A stretch of 55,273 bases of DNA from Patescibacteria group bacterium (GCA_036741875.1 DAINRM010000002.1:27845-83117); one strand, 5' to 3'. Shown: positions 1 to 10,801, counted from the first letter of the stretch. Notes: a model not told the origin generated them from the letters alone. Translations and numbers: made by a program.

Positions 1-8
1 AATAAAAC

Positions 9-38
9 TTGACAAACTTAAAATTTTTGTAGTAAAAT
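9..38 (+). promoter_or_regulatory. sigma70-like promoter upstream of rpoB
   Basis: TTGACA at 9-14, 18-nt spacer, TAAAAT at 33-38. Motif match only. Confidence 0.4.
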
Positions 39-117
39 TAAATAAGGTTTTCGTTTTAAATGATTAGAAATTAAATTGTAAAACTTAATTTAGGGAGGGT
101 GCTTAAACCCCTTTTTA

Positions 118-3100
118 ATGTTTCGCGTTAAAAATTTTTCAAAATACTCTTATTTAGAACCGCCACATCTTTTGTCTGATATTCGTGATTCTTTTGAAAG
201 ATTTTTAAAAGAAGATATTAAAAGAGCTTTTATAGAGTTTTTCCCTATTTTTGATTATTCTGGAAAAGAGTTAAAGCTTGAATTTATCGATTTAGAAGTA
301 GGAGATCCTAGAATTAGTGAAGCAGAAGCTAAATATTATGGAGTTAATTATGATGCACCACTTAGAGTAACACTAAAACTTACTAATCTTTTAACTAAAG
401 AAGAAAAAATTCAAAAAATTTATTTCGGAGATCTTCCTTTACTTACCCCAAGGGGTTCTTTTATTATTAATGGTCATGAAAGAGTGATTGTTAATCAACT
501 TTTACGTTCCCCTGGTATTTATTTTGATTTTCTTCTTTACGGTGAAAAGAAAAGATGGGGAGCTAAAATAATTCCTCAACAAGGGGCTTGGCTTGAATTT
601 CAAGTTGAAGCTACTAATTTACTTCAGGTAAGAGTAGATAAAAGAAAAAAATTTCTTTTTTCTATTATTTTAAAAGCTTTTGGTTTTGAAACTAATGAAG
701 AAATTTTTGAAATACTAAAAGAACACGAAAATCCAGAGAATCCAATTTTGACAACTACATTAAAAAAAGATAAAACAGAAAATAGAGAAGAAGCTCTTTT
801 AGAAATTCATAGAAAAATGAAACCTATTGAGCCAAACACTTATGATAATGCTATTTACTACTTTGAATCAACATTTTTAAATCCTCAAAGATATAACCTT
901 TCAAGAGTAGGAAGATTTCATCTTAACAGAAGACTTAATAGAAACTCTGAATCATTAGTTTTAGAAAAAGACGACCTTATTAGCGTTGTTAAAGAAATTC
1001 TTAGATTGGAAAATGATCCTTTATCAGTCAAAGATGATGTTGATGCTTTATACAACCGAAGAGTAAGAGATTTGGGAGAGCTTTTAGAAAATCAAGTAAG
1101 AATTGCTCTTTCAAGACTTAAGAGAGATATCCAGGATAAAATGAGCTCTTTAAGTAAATTAGAAGAACTTACACCTTCTCAAATTATTCATCCAAGAAAA
1201 TTTTCTAATACTATTTTAGAATTTTTTAACACCTCAAGACTTTCTCAAGTTTTAGATCAAACTTCACCTCTTTCAGAAATAGAAAACAAAAGAGTGATTA
1301 CTGCTTCAGGACCAGGTGGTGTTTCCAAGGAAAGAGCTTCTTTAGAAGTAAGAGATGTTCATCCTTCTCATTACGGAAGAATTTGTCCTATTCAAACACC
1401 GCATGAAGGTCAAGGGGTTGGTATAAAACTTAATAAAGCTCTTTATTCTCGAAGAAATTCCTTAGGATTTTTAGAAACTCCCTATCTAAGAGTAAAAAAT
1501 GGAAAGGTTACTGATGAAATTATTTGGCTTACTTATGATCAAGAGCTTAATGAAGTAATTGCTTCAAGAAATGTAAGAATTAATGAGAAAGGAGATATTT
1601 TAGATGAATACTTAGAAGCCAGAGTAAATGGTGAAGCTACTATAGTTCATAAAAGTAAAGTTACTTTAATTGATGTTTCGCCCTTTCAAATGTTTTCTCT
1701 TTCGACATCACTTATTCCCTTCGGTAACCATGATGATGCTAATAGACTTCAGATGGGAACAAATATGCAAAGGCAAGCTGTTCCTTTGGTAAAACCAGAG
1801 ATTCCTTTAGTGATGACAGGACTTGAAAAAAAGGCTGCTTTTGAATCAGGTAGAGTTATAATTTCAGAGGTTGATGGTGTTGTCGTTGATGTTGACGCTG
1901 ATCATATAACTATTGGAACAAAAGAAGGAAAGAAAATAACTTATTATCTTAAAAAATTTGAAATGACTTCTAAATATACATGTTATAATCAAAAACCTAT
2001 TGTGAAATTAGGAGATAAAGTCAAAAAAGGAGATATTTTAACAGATGGTCCAGGAATTAAAGATGGGTATTTAGCCTTAGGCCAAAATCTTTTAGTAGGT
2101 TTTCTTCCTTGGAGAGGATATAATTTTGAAGATGCTATTATTATTTCAGAAAGACTTTTAAAGGAAGATATTTTTACTTCTGTTTATATTGAAGAATTTT
2201 TTGCTGATGTAGTAGATACTAAACTTGGCCCAGAAATGACAACAAATGATATACCAGGTGTGCCAGCGGAAAAATTAGCCAATTTAGATATTGACGGTAT
2301 AGTTAGGATAGGAACATACGTAAAGACTGGTGATATTTTGGTTGGTAAAATTACTCCTAAACAGACAGAAGAGATTACACCAGAAGAAAAACTCTTAAGA
2401 GCCATTTTTGGAGAAAAAGTTCAAGAAGTTAAAGATACTTCTCTTTATCTTGAACCAGGAAGATCAGGAAGGGTAATAGGAGTGAGAGTTTTAGAAAGAA
2501 GCAAAGGAGAAATTTCTGAAATTGGCGTGATTAAAAGAATTTTTGTAAAAATAGCTAAAATTAGAAAAATTCAAGTAGGCGATAAATTAGCTAACAGACA
2601 TGGAAATAAAGGAGTTATTTCTTTAATAGCTAAAGAAGAAGATATGCCCTTTTTACAAGATGGAAGAAGATTGGATATTATTTTAAATCCTGTGGGGGTT
2701 ATTTCCAGAATGAATTTAGGACAAATTTTAGAAACCCTTCTTGGTTTAGCTGCTAAAAATCTAGATTATCATGCAGTAGTACCTCCGTTTTCTGGAGTTA
2801 CAGTTGAAGAAATAGCGGAAGAACTTAAAAAAGCAGGTTTGCCTCCAGATGGTAAGATTGATCTTTATGATGGCGTGACCGGAGAAAAATTTCCCCAAAA
2901 AGTTTTAGTTGGCTATATGACAATTATGAAACTGGTTCATATGGTTGAGGATAAAATCCATGCTCGTTCAATTGGTCCTTATTCTCTTATTACCCAACAA
3001 CCTCCAGGTGGTAAATCAAGATTTGGAGGTCAAAGAATTGGTGAAATGGAAATGTGGGCTATTGAAGCTCATGGTGCTACTGAAATTTTACATGAGGTTT

Positions 3101-3333
3101 TGACAGTAAAATCTGACGATGTTAAAGGAAGAAATATCGCTTATCAAAGTATTATCAAAGGAGAAGATGTTACTTATTCATCTTTTCCTCACGTCTTTTT
3201 AGTTCTTATTAATGAACTTCGAGGTTTAGGTTTAAATATTGAAATTCGTTATCGAGAAAAAACCGAAGAAACACCTCCTACTTATCAAGAAGTCGAAGTT
3301 CAAAAAATTGAACCCCAAGGAACAGCTAAATAA
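118..3333 (+). CDS. rpoB: DNA-directed RNA polymerase subunit beta
   Basis: 1071-aa ORF with beta-subunit signatures (GPGGVSKERASLEVRDVHPSHYGR, NRHGNKGVIS, GGQRIGEMEMWA). rpoC follows 3 nt later. Confidence 0.97.
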   Translation: MFRVKNFSKYSYLEPPHLLSDIRDSFERFLKEDIKRAFIEFFPIFDYSGKELKLEFIDLEVGDPRISEAEAKYYGVNYDAPLRVTLKLTNLLTKEEKIQKIYFGDLPLLTPRGSFIINGHERVIVNQLLRSPGIYFDFLLYGEKKRWGAKIIPQQGAWLEFQVEATNLLQVRVDKRKKFLFSIILKAFGFETNEEIFEILKEHENPENPILTTTLKKDKTENREEALLEIHRKMKPIEPNTYDNAIYYFESTFLNPQRYNLSRVGRFHLNRRLNRNSESLVLEKDDLISVVKEILRLENDPLSVKDDVDALYNRRVRDLGELLENQVRIALSRLKRDIQDKMSSLSKLEELTPSQIIHPRKFSNTILEFFNTSRLSQVLDQTSPLSEIENKRVITASGPGGVSKERASLEVRDVHPSHYGRICPIQTPHEGQGVGIKLNKALYSRRNSLGFLETPYLRVKNGKVTDEIIWLTYDQELNEVIASRNVRINEKGDILDEYLEARVNGEATIVHKSKVTLIDVSPFQMFSLSTSLIPFGNHDDANRLQMGTNMQRQAVPLVKPEIPLVMTGLEKKAAFESGRVIISEVDGVVVDVDADHITIGTKEGKKITYYLKKFEMTSKYTCYNQKPIVKLGDKVKKGDILTDGPGIKDGYLALGQNLLVGFLPWRGYNFEDAIIISERLLKEDIFTSVYIEEFFADVVDTKLGPEMTTNDIPGVPAEKLANLDIDGIVRIGTYVKTGDILVGKITPKQTEEITPEEKLLRAIFGEKVQEVKDTSLYLEPGRSGRVIGVRVLERSKGEISEIGVIKRIFVKIAKIRKIQVGDKLANRHGNKGVISLIAKEEDMPFLQDGRRLDIILNPVGVISRMNLGQILETLLGLAAKNLDYHAVVPPFSGVTVEEIAEELKKAGLPPDGKIDLYDGVTGEKFPQKVLVGYMTIMKLVHMVEDKIHARSIGPYSLITQQPPGGKSRFGGQRIGEMEMWAIEAHGATEILHEVLTVKSDDVKGRNIAYQSIIKGEDVTYSSFPHVFLVLINELRGLGLNIEIRYREKTEETPPTYQEVEVQKIEPQGTAK

Positions 3334-3335
3334 AA

Positions 3336-6300
3336 ATGTCCATTATTAAAAAGTCAACTTCAGAAATAGAAAGCTTAGTTTTAAAGATAGCTTCTCCTGA
3401 AGAAATTTTAAGTTGGAGTCATGGTGAAGTTTTAAAGCCAGAAACAATTAACTACCGAACTGGTAAACCAGATAGACAAGGTCTTTTTTCTGAAGTTATT
3501 TTTGGTCCCATGAAAGACTTTGAATGTTCTTGTGGAAAATATAAAAAACCTCAAGTTAGAGGTATTATATGTGAAAGATGCGGCGTAGAAGTCACCCATT
3601 CTTCAGTAAGAAAAGAAAGAATGGGACATGTTACTTTAGTTACTCCTGTTGCTCATATTTGGTATTTAAAAGTCTATCCTTATCCCTTAAAGATATTTTT
3701 AGACATACCCTTAAGAGATTTAGAAAGAGTTATTTATTATTCTGCTTATATTATTACTCGCGTTGATGAAGAAAAAAAGAATAAACTTTTAGAGGAGGTA
3801 GAAAAAGAATATAAAGAATTTTTAGCCCAAGCAGAATCAAAGGAAGAAAAAAAACAAAAACAAGAAATCTATAGGCAAATTAAAGAAGAACTTAACTCTT
3901 TAAAACCCAAGAAAGTTTTATCTGATGCTGAATACTTCTATTTTTCAAAAAAATATGCTGGTATTTTTGAGGTAGATATGGGTGCCGAACCGATTAGAAA
4001 GTTTTTGGAAGAGATTGATTTAGAAAAACTAAGAGAAGAAACTATTAAAAAATTAGCTAAAGCAGATTCTAAAGAAAAAAAGATTCTTTCTTTAAAACTA
4101 AAATTTATTAATGCCTTTATTAAATACGGAAGAAGACCAGAATGGATGATTTTAACTATTTTACCTGTCGTTCCCCCAGATATAAGACCAATTGTTCAGC
4201 TTAAAGAAGGAAAAATTGCCTCTTCTGATCTTAACGATCTTTATCGAAGAATTATTAATAGAAATAATCGTCTTAAAAGACTCATAGAAATTAAAGCACC
4301 AGAAATAATTTTGAGGAATGAAAAAAGAATGCTTCAAGAAGCTGTTGATGCTCTCCTTGACGCTTCTTTAAAAAAAGAAAAAATTGTTGTTGGACAAAGA
4401 AAAGTTCTTAAATCTTTGGGTGACCTTTTAAAGGGCAAAGAAGGAAGATTTAGGCAAAATCTATTAGGAAAAAGAGTTGATTATTCTGGAAGATCAGTAA
4501 TTGTTGTTGATCCTAATTTAAGAATCAATGAATGCAGTTTGCCTAAAAAAATGGCTTTAGAAATTTTTAAACCCTTTATTATCCATGAACTTCTTAAAGA
4601 AGGAATAGTCACTACTTCTAAAAGAGCTAATTATCTTATTGAAACGATGAGCCCAGAAGCTGTAGCTGCTTTAGAAAGAGTGATAAAAGATAAATACGTT
4701 CTTTTAAACCGTCCTCCTACTCTTCATAAGCTCAGCTTTTTAGCTTTTAAACCTATTTTAACTGAAGGTTTAGCTATTAAAATTCCACCCCTTGTTTGCT
4801 CTGGCTTTAATGCCGATTTTGATGGTGACCAAATGGGGTGTTTCTTACCGCTTTCTTCAGAGGCTCAAAGAGAAGCAAGAGAACTTATGAATGCTGCTTT
4901 AAATGTTTTAAGACCTGGTACAGGAATGGTTGAAGCTAGACCTGACAAGGATATGATCGCTGGTCTTTATTATTTAACTCTAGAAATTCCCAATCAAAAA
5001 GGAGAGGGAAAGGTTTTTAATGACGAAAAAGATGCCATTTTTGCTTATGAAAATAAAATAATAAGTCTTCAAGCAAAAATAAAAGTAAGAAAAGTAAAAA
5101 ATGAAGAAAATATTGAAACCACTGTAGGAAGAATAATTTTCAATCAAAATTTACCTTCAGACTTTCCTTTTGTCAATGAAGTTATAAATAAAAAAACTAT
5201 TAACCCTATTCTTCTTAAAATTTTAGAAATTTACGGAGTTGAAAGATTGAGCATTGTTTTAGACAATCTTAAAGAACTAGGTTTTAAATATGTAACTGAA
5301 GCCGGTATTACTTTAAGTATTAGTGATTTAGAATCACCTCCAAAACTTAAAGAAATTTTAGAAAAAGCTTTAGATGAGCATAATAAGGTTTTAGGGGCTT
5401 ATCATAATGGTTTCTTGAGTCGAGAAGAAAAAAACTTAAAACTTCAAGAAATTTGGGTCAAAGCTAAAGTAGAAATAGAAAAAGATATTAAAGAAAACAT
5501 TTCTGTAACTAACAATGCTAGATTGATGATAGATGCTGGAGCTAGGGGAAGCTATGATCAGTTAGCACAAATGATTGCTTTTAAGGGTGTGGTTAAAACC
5601 CCAACTAATGAACCAATAGACTTAGCTATTTCTCATTCTTATAAAACAGGGTTAACACCCTTGGAATATTTCAGCTCAACTCATGGAGCTAGAAAGGGTG
5701 TAGCCGATAAAGCACTAAAAACACCTCATTCAGGATATCTTACCAGAATTTTAGCTTCGGCACTCGATGATGTAATTGTAAGAGAAGTTGATTGCGGAAC
5801 TGAAGAAGGAATTCTTATCAGTCGAGAAGAGGTTCAAAGAAGAGGTGTAAGCTTTGGTGACTCTATTTTTTCCCGAACCGCTTTAGAAGATATTAAAAAT
5901 TCTCAAGGAGAAGTTATCGTGAAAAAAGGAGAATATATCACTTATGAGCTTTCTAGAATTATTGATAAAGAAAGCTCTATTTCTCAAATTAAAGTAAGAT
6001 CTGTTTTTACTTGTAAAACTCTTTATGGTGTTTGTCAAAAATGTTATGGTTTAGATCTTAGCACCCATAAACCTGTAAGACTTGGAGAAGCTGTTGGGCT
6101 TATTACTACACACTCTATTGGAGAAAGATTAACTCAATTCGTTTTAAGATCTTTCCATGCTGGCGGTGTGATTTCCGCAAAAGATATTACTCAAGATCTT
6201 CCAAGAATAAAGGAACTTTTTGAAGCTACTACACCTCGTTCTGAAGCAATCCTTTCCCCTATTAAAGGAAAAATTGTAGAAATTAGAGAATTTCCTAAAT

Positions 6301-6908
6301 ATAACTTAGTGAAAATCAGGGGAGCAAGAAATAAAGAGATTTCTCTAAAAATTCCAAGCAAATTTAGGCTTTTAGTCAAAAAAGGACAAATAGTTGAAAA
6401 AGGGGACCTCTTAAATGAAGGTATTATCGATCCTAAATCTATTTATCGTCTTAAAGGTAAAATTGCTGCTTTCAAGTATATTTTGAATGAAGTAAGAACT
6501 GTTTACAGCAATCAAGGAGCCGATATTCATGAAAAGTATATTGAACTTGTTATAAGAAAAATGTTTTCTCGCGTAAGAGTGATAGATCCAGGCGATTCAG
6601 AATTTGTTGCTGGAGAAATAGTTGAGAAGGATATGTTTATTGAAAAAAATAGAGAGTTAGTCAAAAACGGCTTAAAACCAGCAAAAGGTGTTCTTCTTCT
6701 TCTGGGTATTAAAAGGGTTGCTTCTACACCTTATAGTTTTCTTTCTGCAGCTTCATTCCAAGAAACCTCTCGAGCTTTGGTAAGATCTGCTTTAGAATGC
6801 AGAGAAGATAGACTTAGAGGAATAAAAGAAAATGTTATTATAGGTAAAAAGCCTGTTATTGGAGAAGAATTTAGAAAGAGATATCTTAAAGAAAGCAATA
6901 TGGTATAA
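3336..6908 (+). CDS. rpoC: DNA-directed RNA polymerase subunit beta'
   Basis: 1190-aa ORF with a Zn-finger CSCGKYKK...CERCGVEV, the catalytic NADFDGDQM motif and YSGRSVIVV. Confidence 0.97.
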   Translation: MSIIKKSTSEIESLVLKIASPEEILSWSHGEVLKPETINYRTGKPDRQGLFSEVIFGPMKDFECSCGKYKKPQVRGIICERCGVEVTHSSVRKERMGHVTLVTPVAHIWYLKVYPYPLKIFLDIPLRDLERVIYYSAYIITRVDEEKKNKLLEEVEKEYKEFLAQAESKEEKKQKQEIYRQIKEELNSLKPKKVLSDAEYFYFSKKYAGIFEVDMGAEPIRKFLEEIDLEKLREETIKKLAKADSKEKKILSLKLKFINAFIKYGRRPEWMILTILPVVPPDIRPIVQLKEGKIASSDLNDLYRRIINRNNRLKRLIEIKAPEIILRNEKRMLQEAVDALLDASLKKEKIVVGQRKVLKSLGDLLKGKEGRFRQNLLGKRVDYSGRSVIVVDPNLRINECSLPKKMALEIFKPFIIHELLKEGIVTTSKRANYLIETMSPEAVAALERVIKDKYVLLNRPPTLHKLSFLAFKPILTEGLAIKIPPLVCSGFNADFDGDQMGCFLPLSSEAQREARELMNAALNVLRPGTGMVEARPDKDMIAGLYYLTLEIPNQKGEGKVFNDEKDAIFAYENKIISLQAKIKVRKVKNEENIETTVGRIIFNQNLPSDFPFVNEVINKKTINPILLKILEIYGVERLSIVLDNLKELGFKYVTEAGITLSISDLESPPKLKEILEKALDEHNKVLGAYHNGFLSREEKNLKLQEIWVKAKVEIEKDIKENISVTNNARLMIDAGARGSYDQLAQMIAFKGVVKTPTNEPIDLAISHSYKTGLTPLEYFSSTHGARKGVADKALKTPHSGYLTRILASALDDVIVREVDCGTEEGILISREEVQRRGVSFGDSIFSRTALEDIKNSQGEVIVKKGEYITYELSRIIDKESSISQIKVRSVFTCKTLYGVCQKCYGLDLSTHKPVRLGEAVGLITTHSIGERLTQFVLRSFHAGGVISAKDITQDLPRIKELFEATTPRSEAILSPIKGKIVEIREFPKYNLVKIRGARNKEISLKIPSKFRLLVKKGQIVEKGDLLNEGIIDPKSIYRLKGKIAAFKYILNEVRTVYSNQGADIHEKYIELVIRKMFSRVRVIDPGDSEFVAGEIVEKDMFIEKNRELVKNGLKPAKGVLLLLGIKRVASTPYSFLSAASFQETSRALVRSALECREDRLRGIKENVIIGKKPVIGEEFRKRYLKESNMV

Positions 6909-6953
6909 TAAATTATAATAAGATTAATTAACTAGTATTTTAATAAGTTCAAA

Positions 6954-7226
6954 ATGGCAACAAAAAAAGCAGGAGGTTCAGTTAAAACAGGAAGAGATTC
7001 TAATCCAAAATATCTGGGAGTGAAAGTACATGATGGTGAAATTGTTTTTCCAGGAATGGTTATTATCCGTCAAAGAGGTACTAAGTTTTTACCTGGAAAA
7101 AATGTTGCTAGAGGAAGAGATGATACCTTATATGCACTTAAATCAGGTAGAGTTAAATTTAAAACAATAAGAAAAACAACTTTTAGCGGCAAAAAAATAT
7201 GGAAAAAAATAGTTCATGTGATTTAA
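6954..7226 (+). CDS. rpmA: 50S ribosomal protein L27
   Basis: 90 aa. The N-terminus [21 protein letters not shown] is typical of L27. Confidence 0.93.
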   Translation: MATKKAGGSVKTGRDSNPKYLGVKVHDGEIVFPGMVIIRQRGTKFLPGKNVARGRDDTLYALKSGRVKFKTIRKTTFSGKKIWKKIVHVI

Positions 7227-7232
7227 GGGTAT

Positions 7233-8162
7233 ATGTTAAATGCCTTTAATAGGCTAAAAATTATCCTTTTAGTTATTTTAGTCTTAAGTTTTTTTATTTT
7301 TCCAAAACAAAGCATTTCTTTAGAAAAAAATAAAATACCCAAGAAGACTAATTTTAGATTTATAATATATGAGAAAAATCATTTTCGACCTTCAAATTTT
7401 ATTAAAGAATATGAAATAGATAATGTAAAAGTTAAAGTTTTGTCAATTTCAAAAAATAAAAATTCTTTCGAGACATATTTCGAAATCTATAGTAAAAGGA
7501 AAAGAGTTTTTAAATCAAAAAATTCTTATAACATTTACAACATTTTTGTATTTGAATACAACGAAAATAAATATTTAGTTATTACAGATTTTTCTGGAGG
7601 AACCCACTGTTGTTTTACTTCTTATCTTTTTTTAATCGACAAAAATGAAAATGTGAAACTAGTAAAAAGATTTGGAGAAGGCGATAACCCAAACGCTTTA
7701 GAACCGATTAGTTTCTTTATAAAAAATAATAAGCTTTATGTTTCTTGGTTGGATCCAAGATTTCAATATTTCGAAAATCTTGCCTTTGCTTATTCCACAG
7801 AAGCTTTTTTTGAAAGATTCTTTTTAATAGAAAAAGAAAAAGTTGTAGAAGTAAGCAAAGATTTTAAGGATGATTACATCAAAAAAGCTTTAAAATATGA
7901 AAAGGAAATAAAAGATATTATTGAATTGGCAACAAAAAGAGATAAAGAAAAACTTAAAGAAGAAAAATATATTTTATGGCAAGAATGGTTTAGCAAACTT
8001 TTAGCAAAAACAGTTAATTTAATAATGGCAGGAGAAAAAGAAAAGGCATTTAGAGAATTTGATAAAAACTTTGAAGAGTTTTATTCTCTTTTTAATATTT
8101 ATTATGAATCTCAACTAAAAGAAAAAATAAAAAAAGAAATTTTTAAAAAAATGAACAAATAA
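7233..8162 (+). CDS. hypothetical membrane-anchored or secreted protein
   Basis: 309-aa ORF with an N-terminal hydrophobic segment (LKIILLVILVLSFFIF). No recognisable family. Lys/Glu-rich C-terminal helix region. Confidence 0.55.
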   Translation: MLNAFNRLKIILLVILVLSFFIFPKQSISLEKNKIPKKTNFRFIIYEKNHFRPSNFIKEYEIDNVKVKVLSISKNKNSFETYFEIYSKRKRVFKSKNSYNIYNIFVFEYNENKYLVITDFSGGTHCCFTSYLFLIDKNENVKLVKRFGEGDNPNALEPISFFIKNNKLYVSWLDPRFQYFENLAFAYSTEAFFERFFLIEKEKVVEVSKDFKDDYIKKALKYEKEIKDIIELATKRDKEKLKEEKYILWQEWFSKLLAKTVNLIMAGEKEKAFREFDKNFEEFYSLFNIYYESQLKEKIKKEIFKKMNK

Positions 8163-8170
8163 CCTTTTAA

Positions 8171-9460
8171 AACATTTTTGATGAGATTTACGAATATTAT
8201 AAAAATGCAAAAATTTTAGTAGACATAAGCTCATCAACTGTTAAAGTTTATAAATATTCTAAGGAGAAATTGAATTTAATACTCCAAAGAAGTTTATATT
8301 TTAAAGAAGGTTTTGATCCAGAAGGCGGTATTTCTTCTGAAAACAAAAAAGAACTTTTAGAACTTTTAGAAGCAGTAAAAGATGAAAATAAAAATATTCC
8401 TATAAGAATTTATGCTACTGGTATTTTTATAAAATTAGTTCCAGAAACAAAAATTAATTTTATTGATGAGGTTTTTCTAAGAACAGGACTTTATTTTAAT
8501 ATTATTGATCAAGATTTAGAAAACTTTTATTTAGAAATGGCTCTTGTTGGAAAATATAATCTAAATGAACATTTACTTTTAATTAATATTGACGGAGGCT
8601 CAACAGAACTTTTAGTAATGTATGGCAAAGAAGCAATTAAAAGATTAAATTTAGATTTTGGAATTGGAAAAATAATTTCTGATTTTCCTCAAATAAATGA
8701 AGAGATTTAAAAAGTTAAATTAGAAGAAGTTGTAAATTATGTAAAAAATTTATTACCATCAATTCAAAACAAAGCAAAAATTGCCTTTTATACAGGAGGA
8801 GCGCTAACTTACATGAAACTTGCTAATTATCCTTTAAAGCAAAATAATTTATTTGGAGATGAAGACCATCCGTTTTTAATTGAATTTGAAGATTTCAAGA
8901 ATAAAAATAAAGAAATTTTTGAAAAGATAACCCTAAAAGAATTAGAAAATTTAATGCCTGAAAATTCAAAATGGATGCATGGAGCTAGATCCTGTTAAGC
9001 TATTGCCCAAGCAATTTGTGAAAAATATAATATTGAAAAAATTATCCCCTCTGATTCGAATATTATTAATGGAGTAATAAGACAAGAATTTAGATATGTT
9101 ACTCTAAGTGGTAGTTTTAGAAAACACTTAGATTATATTATAGAAGTAAAAAAGAAATTAGAAAATAACGGAATAGTAGTTTTAAGTCCACGATTTACAA
9201 CTCCCAAAACACCAAATGCAGAATTTGTATTCTTTCACGGTGAAGAAGGATTATCTCCTTTAGAGTTAGATAGGTATCATTTAAATTCAATAAAAAACTC
9301 AGATGCTTTAATAGTTTGTTATCCTAATGGTTATGTTGGTGCTTCTGCTTTATTAGAAATTGGCTTTGCTCATTCATTAGGAAAAATGATAATTTTTACT
9401 GAAAAACCAGAAGAATTTATTTTAAATAATCTTCCATTTGAAACAGGTTTATTAATTTAA
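8171..9460 (+). pseudogene. disrupted gene: Ppx/GppA-like (ASKHA) N-terminal part fused to a nucleoside 2-deoxyribosyltransferase-like Rossmann C-terminal domain
   Basis: A single reading frame runs 8171-9460, interrupted by in-frame TAA at 8708-8710 and 8996-8998. The natural ATG (8205) is out of frame by 1 nt at an A5T4 run; A6 or T5 would restore MQK(I/F)LVDISSSTVK. ASKHA-like motifs are ILVDISSSTVK, LINIDGGSTEL and FYTGGALTY. The C-terminal domain assignment (VTLSGSFRKH...) is weak. Confidence 0.6.
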
Positions 9461-10699
9461 ATATCTTTTAACAACCTTTAGCCACTTTCTATAAGGTAAA
9501 GGAAATTTTTTTGTTAAATTAATTACTTCTTTTTTTAACTTTTCTGGTTTTTCTTTTTTGATTAAGATTCTTTCAAAAAACTCAGCAATTTTAATCATTT
9601 CTTTTTCTTTCATTCCTCTTGAAGTAACAGCTGGAGTTCCAAGTCTAATTCCTGAAGGATTAAAAGGAGAAGTATCTGCGGGGAGGGAATTTCTGTTAGC
9701 GATGATATTTGCTTTTTCAAGTAAAACTTCAGCACTTTTTCCGTCTAAATTTAAAGGTTTTAAATCGACCATCATTAAATGATTATCTGTTCCACCAGTA
9801 TAAAGCTCAAAACCTCTTTTGATAAGTTCTTCAGCCAATTTTTGGGAATTTTTCAAAATTTGTTTTTGATAATTATAAAAATCTTTCTTTAAAGCTCTGC
9901 CAAAAGCGTAAGCAATGCCACTAATTGTATGCATATGAGGACCTCCTTGAAGTCCAGGAAAAACCGATTTATTAATTTTTTCTTCTAACTCTTTTTTCAT
10001 AAAAATAACTGCTCCTCTTGGTCCACGCAAAGTTTTATGAGTTGTCATGGTAACAATATCAGCATAAGGAAAAGGAGAAGGATGAAACCCAGCAATAACA
10101 AGTCCAGCAATATGAGCAATATCAGCTATATGATAAGCACCAACTTTTTTAGAAATTTCATAAAATTTTTTAAAATCTAAAATCTTTGGATAAGCAGTTG
10201 TTCCTGAAATAATAATTTTTGGTTTATGTTTTAAGGCTAATTTTTCTAACTCTTCATAATCGATGCCCTTATCTTTTACTCCATATTGAACTGAATTAAA
10301 TAATTTTCCTGTATAGCTTACTTTATGTCCATGGGTTAAATGGCCTCCATGAAAAAGATTAAGCCCCATAATTATCTCTCCTGGATTTATAAGACCAAGG
10401 TAAACAGCTAAATTTGCTGGAGAACCGGAATAAGGCTGAACATTAACTGACCACTCATTAGGATTCAATTTAAAAGCTTTCAAGGCTCTTTCTTTAGCTA
10501 AATTTTCAATTTCATCAATAAATTTATTTCCTGGATAATATCTTTTTCCTGGATAACCTTCAGCATATTTATTCATGAGTGGTGAGCCAACAATAAACAA
10601 AGTTTCTAAATCAACAAAATTTTCAGAAGGAATAAGTTCTAAAGTTTCTTCTTGTCTTTTAATTTCTTTTTCAATTATTTTCCATAAAACCTTATCCAT
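9452..10699 (-). CDS. glyA: serine hydroxymethyltransferase
   Basis: 415 aa with SHMT signatures (PSENF, YAEGYPGKRYY, TTHKTLRGPRG). Confidence 0.97.
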   Translation of the reverse strand: MDKVLWKIIEKEIKRQEETLELIPSENFVDLETLFIVGSPLMNKYAEGYPGKRYYPGNKFIDEIENLAKERALKAFKLNPNEWSVNVQPYSGSPANLAVYLGLINPGEIIMGLNLFHGGHLTHGHKVSYTGKLFNSVQYGVKDKGIDYEELEKLALKHKPKIIISGTTAYPKILDFKKFYEISKKVGAYHIADIAHIAGLVIAGFHPSPFPYADIVTMTTHKTLRGPRGAVIFMKKELEEKINKSVFPGLQGGPHMHTISGIAYAFGRALKKDFYNYQKQILKNSQKLAEELIKRGFELYTGGTDNHLMMVDLKPLNLDGKSAEVLLEKANIIANRNSLPADTSPFNPSGIRLGTPAVTSRGMKEKEMIKIAEFFERILIKKEKPEKLKKEVINLTKKFPLPYRKWLKVVKRYLN

Positions 10700-10801
10700 T
10701 TTTCCACAACCTTTTTAATTTTTAAAAAATTTTATGTTGTTATTTATATATTAATTATAAATTTTAAAAGGTCGATAAAAAAAATGAAAAAATGAAAAAA
10801 A

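Noticed and set aside
93-116. GGGAGGG at 93-99 as the rpoB Shine-Dalgarno sequence.
   Set aside because: It lies 18 nt upstream of the ATG, too far for a canonical SD. It can instead pair with CCCC (108-111) ahead of a T-run, forming a weak hairpin that could be a leftover of the usual rplL-rpoB attenuator. Neither role can be supported from sequence alone.
8708-8998. Possibility that the in-frame TAA codons signal stop-codon reassignment or an alternative genetic code.
   Set aside because: TAA is the normal terminator of most genes in this window. TGA and TAG also terminate well-defined genes. The same gene also carries a frameshift at its start, so a pseudogene or sequencing error is the simpler explanation.
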